From: a virus
DNA: 64,000 nt
Strand: one strand, 5' to 3'
IMG/VR virus record: IMGVR_UViG_3300046321_000098
Coordinates: 1-64,000 of that record
Shown here: in pieces, positions 38,545 to 47,540 of the stretch
Numbering within the stretch: the first letter of the stretch is position 1
Layout: each line of letters begins with the position of its first letter
Translations under genes and position numbers: made by a program
The notes under the pieces: generated by a model
Told to the model about the DNA's origin: nothing
What the model saw: only the letters and a program-made list of their open reading frames with translations
Databases searched by the model: none

Positions 38545-39552
38545 ATGAGTGATTTTACATTTGAAGCCTATGGTGTATCACAGAACGAGGGTAAACAAAA
38601 GAGCACAGTGGACTACGAGGCACTTAATACTTACGTTGTAGAGGCGGTAGGTTGTCAGCAACCAGAGGTGCTGATTGGTACTATCGTCGGTATTGTAGAC
38701 GTTGGTGTACAACGTATGGAAGATGCTGAGATTGTCTTTACTGGCACTGAGGACGAAGAAGCTGATATTATTGCAGACAAGCCTGATACTTACTTCAAGG
38801 ATGGTTTTGATAACGGTAAACCAGTTCGATATAAGTGCTATCCACAACGTGATCAACAATCTGTAGCATTGGTTGTGGACTTCCCATCGGTTATGCTTAA
38901 CAAGGCACAATTCTTTAAGGCTGGTAGCACAGAAGAAAAACCTTTGCGTATGGTGCTTGGCGGTGAGTTCTGGAACAGCAATCTAAAGCAAAAATTGATG
39001 CAACGTCCTACTGCACTCAAGGTTATGAAGAACACCGATGGAAAATGGAGCTTCAACGATAAGCACCTTTTGTACAAGATGGCAATTGCCTCGAAACTGA
39101 TTGAGCCAAAGGGTGTATTCCTTCCTGAGCACATTGGTAAACTGCTTGGTAAGTCATTTCAGTTTGAAGTTCAAATCTTCAATAAAAAAGGTAAGGACAA
39201 TAAAGATTATTACACTGAAAAAGTTGGGTTCAAGGCAGGACTTGGACGTGGTATGACAGCAGAACCTTTACCGACAGAACCATTTGTTGTGCAGTTTAAC
39301 AAAGAGAACAGCCCTGAATCCTTAAAAGAACTGCGTTTTCACGTTGTGAATACAATCAAGAATGCTGTGAATTATGAAGGTTCACCAATCAGTAAGCAGT
39401 TAGACGCTGCTCGTAGTTATACGAAGCCTGTTGAATCAGCTAATGATGATGCACCTGACGATGTGCCATCTACACCACCAGTTAAAGCGCCTGTGCGAAC
39501 ACCACGAGTAGCTAAGGCTGTACCAGAGGAGTCTGAAGATATTCCGTTTTAA
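38545..39552 (+). CDS. Probable single-stranded DNA-binding protein
   Basis: Flexible acidic tail ending EDIPF; replication cluster. Confidence 0.65.
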   Translation: MSDFTFEAYGVSQNEGKQKSTVDYEALNTYVVEAVGCQQPEVLIGTIVGIVDVGVQRMEDAEIVFTGTEDEEADIIADKPDTYFKDGFDNGKPVRYKCYPQRDQQSVALVVDFPSVMLNKAQFFKAGSTEEKPLRMVLGGEFWNSNLKQKLMQRPTALKVMKNTDGKWSFNDKHLLYKMAIASKLIEPKGVFLPEHIGKLLGKSFQFEVQIFNKKGKDNKDYYTEKVGFKAGLGRGMTAEPLPTEPFVVQFNKENSPESLKELRFHVVNTIKNAVNYEGSPISKQLDAARSYTKPVESANDDAPDDVPSTPPVKAPVRTPRVAKAVPEESEDIPF

Positions 39553-39657
39553 ACGGGTTTAACAGAGGCTAGGGCGATTATTTTAAGATTTGGGTATGAA
39601 CGTACTCAGATTGGGAATAATCGTTCGTAGAAGGTTTAATTTAATAAGGAGAAACAT

Positions 39658-39876
39658 ATGGAATCTAAAGAAATTATTGCTAAGATGGTATCAGTGTACG
39701 CAGAGATTGAAGCACACACAGAGCGAATGAAAGAACTTAAAGAAGAGGCTAAGGCTATTGGGACTGATCCAAGTATTCTAGCTACAGTAGCTAAGGCTAT
39801 CTTCGATGGTAAATCAGGTAAACTTCGTGGAAAGTACGAGGAGACCTTGGATATTCTTGATAAACAGGACGAGTAA
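39658..39876 (+). CDS. Small dsDNA-binding protein (GapR/T4 DsbA-like)
   Basis: MKELKEEAKAIG.D..IL..V pattern. Confidence 0.6.
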   Translation: MESKEIIAKMVSVYAEIEAHTERMKELKEEAKAIGTDPSILATVAKAIFDGKSGKLRGKYEETLDILDKQDE

Positions 39877-39877
39877 T

Positions 39878-40087
39878 ATGAGCGTAACTATTACTATTTC
39901 AGTGGACTTGTTTGAGCATATTAAGAAAGTCAGTTCGCAGTTTGAAGAATTACCAGAAGATTTCAATCCTTATGACCAGTTTGGCGGCAATATGGATGAT
40001 TCCTTTTGGGGTGGAGCTACTTACGGAGAGAATGAACTAGCTGCACAGATTATTGGTTCTTATGAAGCAAACAAAGTTCAAGGATAA
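39878..40087 (+). CDS. Hypothetical protein
   Basis: GGNMDDSFWGG motif; operon packing. Confidence 0.6.
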   Translation: MSVTITISVDLFEHIKKVSSQFEELPEDFNPYDQFGGNMDDSFWGGATYGENELAAQIIGSYEANKVQG

Positions 40088-41087
40088 AAAGAAAAGGGTT
40101 GTGCTTGTTGATTCAGATATTTTAATATACCGTGTAGCAGCAGCCTGTGAAGTAAGGTCAGTTGAAGTCAAGCACAACAAATCAGGGCGAGTAAAGGTGT
40201 TCAAGAACAAGACAGCATTTAAAGATTTTCTTAAAGAAAAGTCCTTTGAGTACGTTGAAAATGATTACACCTTTATGGATTTACAACAAGTCAATGAAGA
40301 TATGTCGTGGCAGTTTATTTTAAACAACCAAGTTAAATCTTTCAAAGAGACATTGTGGGGCGATGAGTTAATCTTTTTAATCTCAGGAGAAGGGAACTTC
40401 CGTGATGACTTGCCGTTACCTAAAAAATACAAGGGTAATCGTGATGACATGATGAAACCTCTACTCCGCCAAGACTGTAAGGAGTATTTGAAGGGTAAGT
40501 ACAAAGCTGTTTTGATTAACAACGAGGAAGTTGACGACGCAATCGTTTGGATGGGTTATGAGTATCTTGCAAAAGGTTACGAAGTTATTATTGTAACCTC
40601 AGATAAAGATGCGAACGCTTATTCAGGTTTGAAGTTGTATAACTACACACATGAAAAACCAGGGATTGTTGAGATACCTGAATTTGGGTCTTTGTGGGTG
40701 GATGATAAAGGTGCAGTCAGAGGATTAGGTTTCTTGTGGGGGTGTTTTCAACACGTCAAGGGCGATGTTACCGATGGGTTCAAACCTTGCGAGCTTGCTG
40801 GTGTAAAGTACGGAGATATTTCAGCGTACAATTTGTTAAAAGACTGTCAAAACGAGCAAGAAGCCTTGGTAAAGGTTTGTCAACAGTACCAGTCTTGGTA
40901 TCCGAAGCAAATCGAATACAAGGATTGTTTTGGTGTGAAACACCTTGCAGGTTGGAAATTCTTAGCAGGTTTGTATTTCAAATGCTCACGTATGAAGACT
41001 ACAAAAGATGACAAGGTAGTGTTTTATGACTTTGCGAAAAGTTATGGGCTGGACTTACTAGATTGGGCAGATGAACTTGAAGATTGA
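40062..41087 (+). CDS. 5'-3' exonuclease (T7 gp6-like)
   Basis: LVDSDILIY, NFR...YKGNR, EEVDD, SDKD, GDVTD. Confidence 0.9.
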   Translation: MKQTKFKDKKKRVVLVDSDILIYRVAAACEVRSVEVKHNKSGRVKVFKNKTAFKDFLKEKSFEYVENDYTFMDLQQVNEDMSWQFILNNQVKSFKETLWGDELIFLISGEGNFRDDLPLPKKYKGNRDDMMKPLLRQDCKEYLKGKYKAVLINNEEVDDAIVWMGYEYLAKGYEVIIVTSDKDANAYSGLKLYNYTHEKPGIVEIPEFGSLWVDDKGAVRGLGFLWGCFQHVKGDVTDGFKPCELAGVKYGDISAYNLLKDCQNEQEALVKVCQQYQSWYPKQIEYKDCFGVKHLAGWKFLAGLYFKCSRMKTTKDDKVVFYDFAKSYGLDLLDWADELED

Positions 41088-41580
41088 AACAAAAGACCTC
41101 TACGGTGCTAAGGATGTAAAAGAAGTTCGAGAGCTATTAGTTCAAGAGCAGGAGCAGCTTGATAAGTTAACCCTTTCTTTAATGCATCCCTCTCAGTATG
41201 TACTTGACCACAACCACCAGAACTTATTCGTCCGTGGAGTTTTAAATCGTGCAACTAATTCAATGCTAGGTAAGATTGAAAACGCTTTCAACAGGTACAT
41301 CAAACACTGGTACACAGGAAGCTTGTCAAACTTCCTCAGACAGTGTGCAAGTTATTTAGAGCACCCACCAGATGAAAGGTTTAGACATCCGCAGTGGCAA
41401 AAGCAACTAAAAGTGCAGTTCAACAAACTATCCGAAGGGCAGAAACGAACAGTGCTGGAGACGTTTGAGAAACCAGACGGTAAGAATGGTAAAGAGCGTA
41501 AGGCGATATTCGCTAAACTAATCCTCGATAGAAATCTAGGCTATGAAAAAATCAGTAATATTTTAAAAGGAGTAAATTAA
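41071..41580 (+). CDS. Recombination endonuclease VII-like resolvase
   Basis: VLDHNH...VRGVL...NSMLGKIEN. Confidence 0.8.
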   Translation: MNLKIETKDLYGAKDVKEVRELLVQEQEQLDKLTLSLMHPSQYVLDHNHQNLFVRGVLNRATNSMLGKIENAFNRYIKHWYTGSLSNFLRQCASYLEHPPDERFRHPQWQKQLKVQFNKLSEGQKRTVLETFEKPDGKNGKERKAIFAKLILDRNLGYEKISNILKGVN

Positions 41581-41581
41581 T

Positions 41582-41872
41582 ATGGAAAACCAAGCAAGGA
41601 CTTGTATAGATGTTGTATGTTCAGCGGTGTCGTTCAATAGGGAAGGGTTCATAATTTCAGATGTTAAGCAAATCGAACGAGACAACACTGTCCATCTTTT
41701 GTTTAAGGACATTAAAAATACCAAGACGGTTCAGTGGATGCAAGATTTTCTTAACGCTTTTAAAACAACAGGTGTAGCAATTGAGTTAACACAGAGTGCA
41801 AAAAACTTGGTGCGGCATATTGGGTTAGCAGAGTGCTTAAACGGATTAAATGAACAAAAAGGAGTTAACTAA
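41582..41872 (+). CDS. Hypothetical protein
   Basis: AAGGAG RBS. Confidence 0.6.
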   Translation: MENQARTCIDVVCSAVSFNREGFIISDVKQIERDNTVHLLFKDIKNTKTVQWMQDFLNAFKTTGVAIELTQSAKNLVRHIGLAECLNGLNEQKGVN

Positions 41873-42361
41873 ATGCAAGACAACAACACCCCAACTTGGG
41901 GCTTCACTTACCGAGACATAGACGGCGCAATTAGCACTAAGTCTTTTGAAGCTATTTCATGGACAAGAGCACTACAAGAGTTTGTGTACTTTCTGAAGGG
42001 TGCAGGATTTAGCTTAGATGACGACTCTATCCAAATTAAGCACGAACACTACGATGAATCTCTTTGGTTTGGATACATCTGTCCCAATGTTGACGAAGAA
42101 GAAACTGAAGATTGGAGACACCCTGATGACACAGACCTCTCAATGCACTTCTGCCCTCCGTTTGAAGGTGACCCAACTGATTGTGCTTTTAAACACGATC
42201 CCACTTTAAAAGACCTCAAGGAGTCTGTTGACGCTTTAGTTTTAGAGATTAGTGCTTTGAATTACTACAAAGAGAAAGAGTTGCAAGAGCAAGAAGCATG
42301 GGCAAAGACTATGGACTCTTTCATTGATTCATTACGTTATACACAAGGAGAGAAAGTTTGA
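41873..42361 (+). CDS. Hypothetical protein
   Basis: AAGGAG RBS; F..FLKGAGF motif. Confidence 0.65.
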   Translation: MQDNNTPTWGFTYRDIDGAISTKSFEAISWTRALQEFVYFLKGAGFSLDDDSIQIKHEHYDESLWFGYICPNVDEEETEDWRHPDDTDLSMHFCPPFEGDPTDCAFKHDPTLKDLKESVDALVLEISALNYYKEKELQEQEAWAKTMDSFIDSLRYTQGEKV

Positions 42362-43284
42362 GTTATACAACAGAACAACAAAAAGCAATTACATTTTTAA
42401 AGCAATCAGGGTTATCTAGCCGTGCAATTGCAAATGAGTTAGACATCTCTAAATCTGGAGTTAATTATTTCCTAGCACGAGAAACGGAAGTAGTTGTTAA
42501 AAGCAAAGAACCTAGGATTCTTATCTTAGACTTAGAAACAGCAGCAGCAGTTGCTATGACTTTTGGCAGGTTTAAAATTAACCTCGGGCAAGACAACATT
42601 GTGTCAGAAGGTGGTTGGATTATGTGCGCGAGCTGGCAATGGCTAGGTGAAGACGTGGTTCATAGCATTGCACTCACACCCACTGAAGTCGCTGCATGTG
42701 ATGATTCCCGTATCATTGCAACCTTTTGGGAGCTTTACGAGCAAGCCGATGCTATTGTGGCGCACAATGCGCTTCAGTTTGACCATAAAGTTTTACAAGC
42801 TCGTACAGCATTCAATGGCTTCCCTCCTTTACCGACTGTCAAGGTGCTAGACACACTGGTGCTTGCAAAGAAGCATTTACGCTTACCAAGTAACAAACTG
42901 GACTCAATAGGAGAATATTTTGGTCTTGGACGTAAAATCGACAACGGTGGAATCTCCCTCTGGAAGCGAGTTCAAAGCGGCGAGAAGGCAGCAATGAAGG
43001 AGATGGTGGAATACTGCGAACAGGACACACGATTGCTTACAGAGGTTTATTTACGCTTACGTGCGATAGGTCACGCTGGTTCGGACTTCAATGCAGGGTT
43101 GTATCACGATGATGATAAGAAACGGTGCCGACGCTGTGGTTCTGAGCATGTGCATGAAACAGGGCGAACCAGTAATACATCTTTAAGTGTGTTTACTGAG
43201 TACCGTTGTAATGATTGTGGTGCGACACAGAGGGACAGAGTTTCAATAACAACAAAAGCTAAACGTGCTGTGTTATTAATGTAA
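42358..43284 (+). CDS. HTH plus RNase H-like DEDDy exonuclease with C-terminal zinc ribbon
   Basis: ILDLET, AHNALQFD, SNKLD, YCEQD, CxxC...CxxC. Confidence 0.85.
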   Translation: MSYTTEQQKAITFLKQSGLSSRAIANELDISKSGVNYFLARETEVVVKSKEPRILILDLETAAAVAMTFGRFKINLGQDNIVSEGGWIMCASWQWLGEDVVHSIALTPTEVAACDDSRIIATFWELYEQADAIVAHNALQFDHKVLQARTAFNGFPPLPTVKVLDTLVLAKKHLRLPSNKLDSIGEYFGLGRKIDNGGISLWKRVQSGEKAAMKEMVEYCEQDTRLLTEVYLRLRAIGHAGSDFNAGLYHDDDKKRCRRCGSEHVHETGRTSNTSLSVFTEYRCNDCGATQRDRVSITTKAKRAVLLM

Positions 43285-43348
43285 ATTATGATGTAGTAAC
43301 TCCTGTAAATTATGATTTTCACAGGAGTTTTAATTTTAGGAGTTAAAT

Positions 43349-43864
43349 GTGCTTACACAGAATTACTTAAAAGAGGTCTTGGAGTACAACGCAGGACAAG
43401 GGCAGTTTTACTGGATAAAGAAAACCTCTTCAAAAAGTAGAATAAAAGTCGGAGTTATTGCGGGTAATTTAAACATAGATGGTTATAGACGAATTAAGAT
43501 TTGTGGTAAGAAGTACCAAGAACATCTTCTTGTATGGTTCTATAACTACGGATATTTCCCTATTAAGGTACTTGACCATATTGACGGTAATCCATCTAAT
43601 AACAGACTGGAAAATCTAAGAGAGTGTTCCCAAAGTGAGAATAATAGGAATAAAGGAATAGCTGTTAACAACACAACAGGTTTCAGAGGAGTAACTTACT
43701 GCAAGAAGAAGAAAAAGTTCAAGTCTACGGCTTGCTTAAATGGTAAAAAGATTCATCTTGGTTATTTCTCCACTGGTGAGGAAGCCTCTCTCGTTTGTGA
43801 AGCCGCAACAAAGGATCTACACGGAGAATTTTACAGAGATACAACAAAAGATGTAAAAATCTGA
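43349..43864 (+). CDS. HNH-AP2 homing endonuclease
   Basis: LDHIDGNPSNNRLENLR; NTTGFRGV...HLGYF. Confidence 0.92.
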   Translation: MLTQNYLKEVLEYNAGQGQFYWIKKTSSKSRIKVGVIAGNLNIDGYRRIKICGKKYQEHLLVWFYNYGYFPIKVLDHIDGNPSNNRLENLRECSQSENNRNKGIAVNNTTGFRGVTYCKKKKKFKSTACLNGKKIHLGYFSTGEEASLVCEAATKDLHGEFYRDTTKDVKI

Positions 43865-43928
43865 TATAATACACTCCATCGAGCGAAAGCTCTTTGGAGT
43901 TTTAATTTTATTAAAAAGGAGAAACAAC

Positions 43929-44294
43929 ATGATAGAACGTAAAACAGTTAGACAAAAACTAATATCTTTTGACACAGACGAACTTCGTTGCTTTTTTGAC
44001 GAAGTTGAAGTCAAGGAAGCATTACAAAAGTTCACAGCAAGTATTGAGCGACAACTAAACACCCTTGCAGCTAAAAACGCAGACAAGTGCATATTCTATC
44101 TTGAAACTTCATGTGATGATTACGGCAAGGATGTTATAGACGGAATTTATTTGAGTGCAGAGCGCCCTGAAACAGATGAAGAAGTACAACTACGTATTAA
44201 CAAAGAGAATATTCAAGCGGAGTGGAACTTAGTCTACGAGCAACAAGAGTACCGACGATTGAAACAGAAGTTTGAGGGAACAAGTAATGACTGA
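43929..44294 (+). CDS. Hypothetical protein
   Basis: RPETDEE motif; AAGGAG RBS. Confidence 0.7.
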   Translation: MIERKTVRQKLISFDTDELRCFFDEVEVKEALQKFTASIERQLNTLAAKNADKCIFYLETSCDDYGKDVIDGIYLSAERPETDEEVQLRINKENIQAEWNLVYEQQEYRRLKQKFEGTSND

Positions 44295-44461
44295 AATCCA
44301 AATCAAGTCCTGTAAAGACTCGCTTCTCTGGTACAATAGCCAAGTTGGACAAACCTTCACCTCTTACCGTGAATACGATGACTCGTACTTAGTGCGCTGT
44401 CCAGATGGTTTGTCAAACATTATATACAAAGTAGATTGTGAAATTATTAAAGGAGAAATGA

Positions 44462-44980
44462 ATGAATAAAATGCAAGAGTTATACGAGCTAACTAAACGG
44501 TTTAATGACATCTCAGGAGCAACAAAAGAGGTGAGCGAGAAATCACTGATTGAGCAGTACACTTACATTCGAGAAGAGTTCAAGGAGATGGCAGATACTT
44601 TTGGTGATGATGTTTACTACGACAGTTCTCAGTTGAGCCTTGAAACACGGATGGTTGAACCACTGTTGGATGATTGCTTGGACGTGCTCATAACTGTCTT
44701 TGGAATGCTGCAAAAGCTCGAAACACTTGGAGTAGATGTAAACGGTGCAGCTATCGCTACAGCAGAAAACAACCTATCTAAGTACCCTGCAGCACCAGCG
44801 GTGGCACACGAGACTGTTGAGCGTAGAGCTCGTGAAGGTATGGAAGTTCTAACTAAGTTTAATGAAGAATATGGTGTCTATACACTTCGCAATGCTGTTA
44901 CAATGAAGGTTGTCAAACCTTATAATTTTGTCAGTAATGATTTGAGGGTTTTTGTTCCTAAAGATTTGGAGATTAAATAA
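44462..44980 (+). CDS. MazG-like NTP pyrophosphohydrolase
   Basis: EEFKE...LLDDCLD...NNLSKY. Confidence 0.75.
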   Translation: MNKMQELYELTKRFNDISGATKEVSEKSLIEQYTYIREEFKEMADTFGDDVYYDSSQLSLETRMVEPLLDDCLDVLITVFGMLQKLETLGVDVNGAAIATAENNLSKYPAAPAVAHETVERRAREGMEVLTKFNEEYGVYTLRNAVTMKVVKPYNFVSNDLRVFVPKDLEIK

Positions 44981-45477
44981 TGGAAAATACAGATAAAATT
45001 GTGAATGGTGTGACTTATGAAAGAGTACCCATCACTGTACTACATGGACAAATATCTTGTGTTGGTTGTGCTCACAAAACTAACCCTGACAGAGGCTTAT
45101 GCGGTAGTTTAACAACAGCAGATTGTGCAAAAGAATACGTATGGCAAGTTAAGGATGTTACTAAATCTTCGGTTCAAGGTGTCAAAACAGACACAGGTAA
45201 GCCCCGCTACACCCTTATCCCCCCGTTTGCCTTAGAACAAGTAGCTATCTGTTTAACAGAGGGTTTAAAGACACATCCTGCAAAAGATAATTGGAAACTT
45301 GTTGAGAAAGGTAAGGAGCGATTCTTGGACTCGTTGTATCGACATTGGAACCAGTATCAAATGGGTGAAATTTTTGACAGGGATAACCCGAATGTTCGGA
45401 ACTTGGCTGCAATAATTGTGAATGCGTTATTTGTGCTTGAATTTGAAACTAATCCAGAATTGAAAGGAAATAAATAA
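44980..45477 (+). CDS. dATP/dGTP diphosphohydrolase-domain protein (DUF5664-like) with Cys-rich N-terminus
   Basis: GVKTDTGKPRYTLIP...NW...SLYRH. Confidence 0.75.
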   Translation: MENTDKIVNGVTYERVPITVLHGQISCVGCAHKTNPDRGLCGSLTTADCAKEYVWQVKDVTKSSVQGVKTDTGKPRYTLIPPFALEQVAICLTEGLKTHPAKDNWKLVEKGKERFLDSLYRHWNQYQMGEIFDRDNPNVRNLAAIIVNALFVLEFETNPELKGNK

Positions 45478-46140
45478 TTGGAATTTATTAAAGCAAAAAT
45501 AATTGGTTATACCCAACCATCAGAGGAGTTCAAAGACTCCTTCTCAAACCTAAAAGAATTGGTTGCATACTGTAGCCGTGTATCTAACCCAAGTAATCAG
45601 TTCAATAATGACACTGCAGATAAGTTAATTAATTACTTGGTTAAGAATAAACACTGGTCACCATTAGAAATGTGTAGTTTGACTTTAGAACTGGAATGCC
45701 CACGAGACATTGCACGACAGCTTTTACGTCACCGTTCATTTAGTTTTCAGGAGTTTAGTCAAAGATATGCAGACCCTACTAAAGATATGCACTTCATTCT
45801 CCGTGAAGCACGTCTACAGGACTCTAAGAACCGTCAGAACAGTATTGAATCCAGTGATAGAGAACTTCAAAACCTTTGGGAAGAAAAGCAGCAAGAGGTT
45901 ATTCATGCGGCTAAGGAAGCCTACGAGTGGGCTGTGATCAACGGTATTGCAAAAGAACAAGCTCGTGTAGTTCTTCCAGAGGGCAACACTATGTCCCGAT
46001 TATATGTACAAGGTACTTTAAGATCTTGGATTCATTATATTGAAGTGCGTAAAGATATTAGCACACAGAAAGAACACAGAGAACTTGCACTAAAGATAGC
46101 TGAAGTAATATCTAGAGTATTTAGTTTAAGTAATCTGTAA
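45478..46140 (+). CDS. thyX: FAD-dependent thymidylate synthase
   Basis: HWSPLE, QLLRHRSFSFQEFSQRY, TQKEHR. Confidence 0.95.
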   Translation: MEFIKAKIIGYTQPSEEFKDSFSNLKELVAYCSRVSNPSNQFNNDTADKLINYLVKNKHWSPLEMCSLTLELECPRDIARQLLRHRSFSFQEFSQRYADPTKDMHFILREARLQDSKNRQNSIESSDRELQNLWEEKQQEVIHAAKEAYEWAVINGIAKEQARVVLPEGNTMSRLYVQGTLRSWIHYIEVRKDISTQKEHRELALKIAEVISRVFSLSNL

Positions 46141-46191
46141 CAATTGTTACAAAACGTGGTATAATAGTAAGTCCAAATTAACAGGAGAATT

Positions 46192-46551
46192 ATGAAAACA
46201 AAACAGGAAAAGATTACTACATCTAGCATTATCGCTTTGTGCTATGTGTCAGCAATGGATATTGCAGAAATTAAACCAGATTACACATATAAATGGGGGG
46301 ACGAAAATCCTGAATTATTCAATGATATTTTGTATCAGTTCGGGATGGACACAACCAGTTTCATTGAGCGTCAGGAAAGTGTGACACACCGTTCACGCCT
46401 GAATCGGCTAGTAACAGCAGACCGTTGGGTTGGTAACGAACGAATTGACGACGATTGGATAAAGTCTAGTTATGCTAGCCGTGAAGCGAGAGATAAGGCG
46501 AGTGGAAGTAAATTATTGAATGATATTTATCGTATGAAGGGTTTAAGTTAA
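46192..46551 (+). CDS. Hypothetical protein
   Basis: TG-TATAAT promoter and AGGAG RBS upstream. Confidence 0.7.
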   Translation: MKTKQEKITTSSIIALCYVSAMDIAEIKPDYTYKWGDENPELFNDILYQFGMDTTSFIERQESVTHRSRLNRLVTADRWVGNERIDDDWIKSSYASREARDKASGSKLLNDIYRMKGLS

Positions 46552-47540
46552 TGAGTGAACAACTTGCACAACATTTAATTCCGATTGATGAATTTCAAGA
46601 GCCTATTGATTTTGCAAAGACACAGCTTAAAATCATGTGGTTTCCAGACGAGATTAAAGTAGAAAAAGATATTCAAGATGTGTTGGTTAACTTCTCTGAA
46701 GCTGAAAAAGAAGCGGTCATTACAACTTTAAAACTTTTTAGTCTTTACGAGACCCATGCTGGTGATGAGTACTGGGGGGGACGTTTTAAGAAAATGTTCA
46801 CTGGTGCGGAGTTTCACAGGTTAGCCAGTGTCAACTCAATGGTAGAACTTGCAGTACATGCTCCGTTCTACAAGAAGATTAATGAACTACTTCATATTGA
46901 CAACCCAGAATTTTATTTATCCTATGTAAATAACCCAGTATTAAATGCACGGATAAAACACATCGGTGAAATTATAGACCATCCGAATGACCTAGTATCA
47001 CTTGGTGCTTTCTCCATGATAGAAGGGGCTGTGCTTTATAGTAGTTTTGCTTTTTTAAAGCACTTTCAATCTGAAGGTAAAAATAAACTTATGAGCACAG
47101 TTCGAGGTATTAATTTCAGTGTTCGAGATGAGAATTTACATTCGATGTCAGGTGCTTGGTGTTTTAAGCATAAAGTAAAGATTAACAAGGTATCTGAGAT
47201 TGAGTTAAAAAAAGTAGAGGTAATTTTACGCGAGACAGCACATAAGTTACTTGAACACGAGAAAGAGATTATCGCGCTCACATTTAGTAAAGGAAAAATT
47301 GAAGGTATCACAGCGCATCAGTTAGAGAACTTCACAATGTCACGTCTAAATGAGTGCCTGAAGAACTTAGGTTTTGCTAAGGAATTTGATGTGAAATATG
47401 ACCCAATAAGTTCTTGGTTTTATAAGGGTATTAACAGCTACCAAATGAATGATTTCTTTTCTGGACAAGGAAGAGAGTACAGTCGAGAGTGGGATGAGCA
47501 TGGTTTTGTATGGAAATTAGAAAAGGAAACAACAAAATGA
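46551..47540 (+). CDS. nrdB: Ribonucleotide reductase class I beta subunit
   Basis: E..VH...Y, IEGAVLYSSF, RDENLH. Confidence 0.93.
   Translation: MSEQLAQHLIPIDEFQEPIDFAKTQLKIMWFPDEIKVEKDIQDVLVNFSEAEKEAVITTLKLFSLYETHAGDEYWGGRFKKMFTGAEFHRLASVNSMVELAVHAPFYKKINELLHIDNPEFYLSYVNNPVLNARIKHIGEIIDHPNDLVSLGAFSMIEGAVLYSSFAFLKHFQSEGKNKLMSTVRGINFSVRDENLHSMSGAWCFKHKVKINKVSEIELKKVEVILRETAHKLLEHEKEIIALTFSKGKIEGITAHQLENFTMSRLNECLKNLGFAKEFDVKYDPISSWFYKGINSYQMNDFFSGQGREYSREWDEHGFVWKLEKETTK

Noticed and set aside
44462-45477. Modified-base system (dZ or 7-deazaguanine) suggested by two NTP hydrolases
   Set aside because: No purZ, queC/D/E, folE or dpdA-like gene in the window; these hydrolases are common on their own
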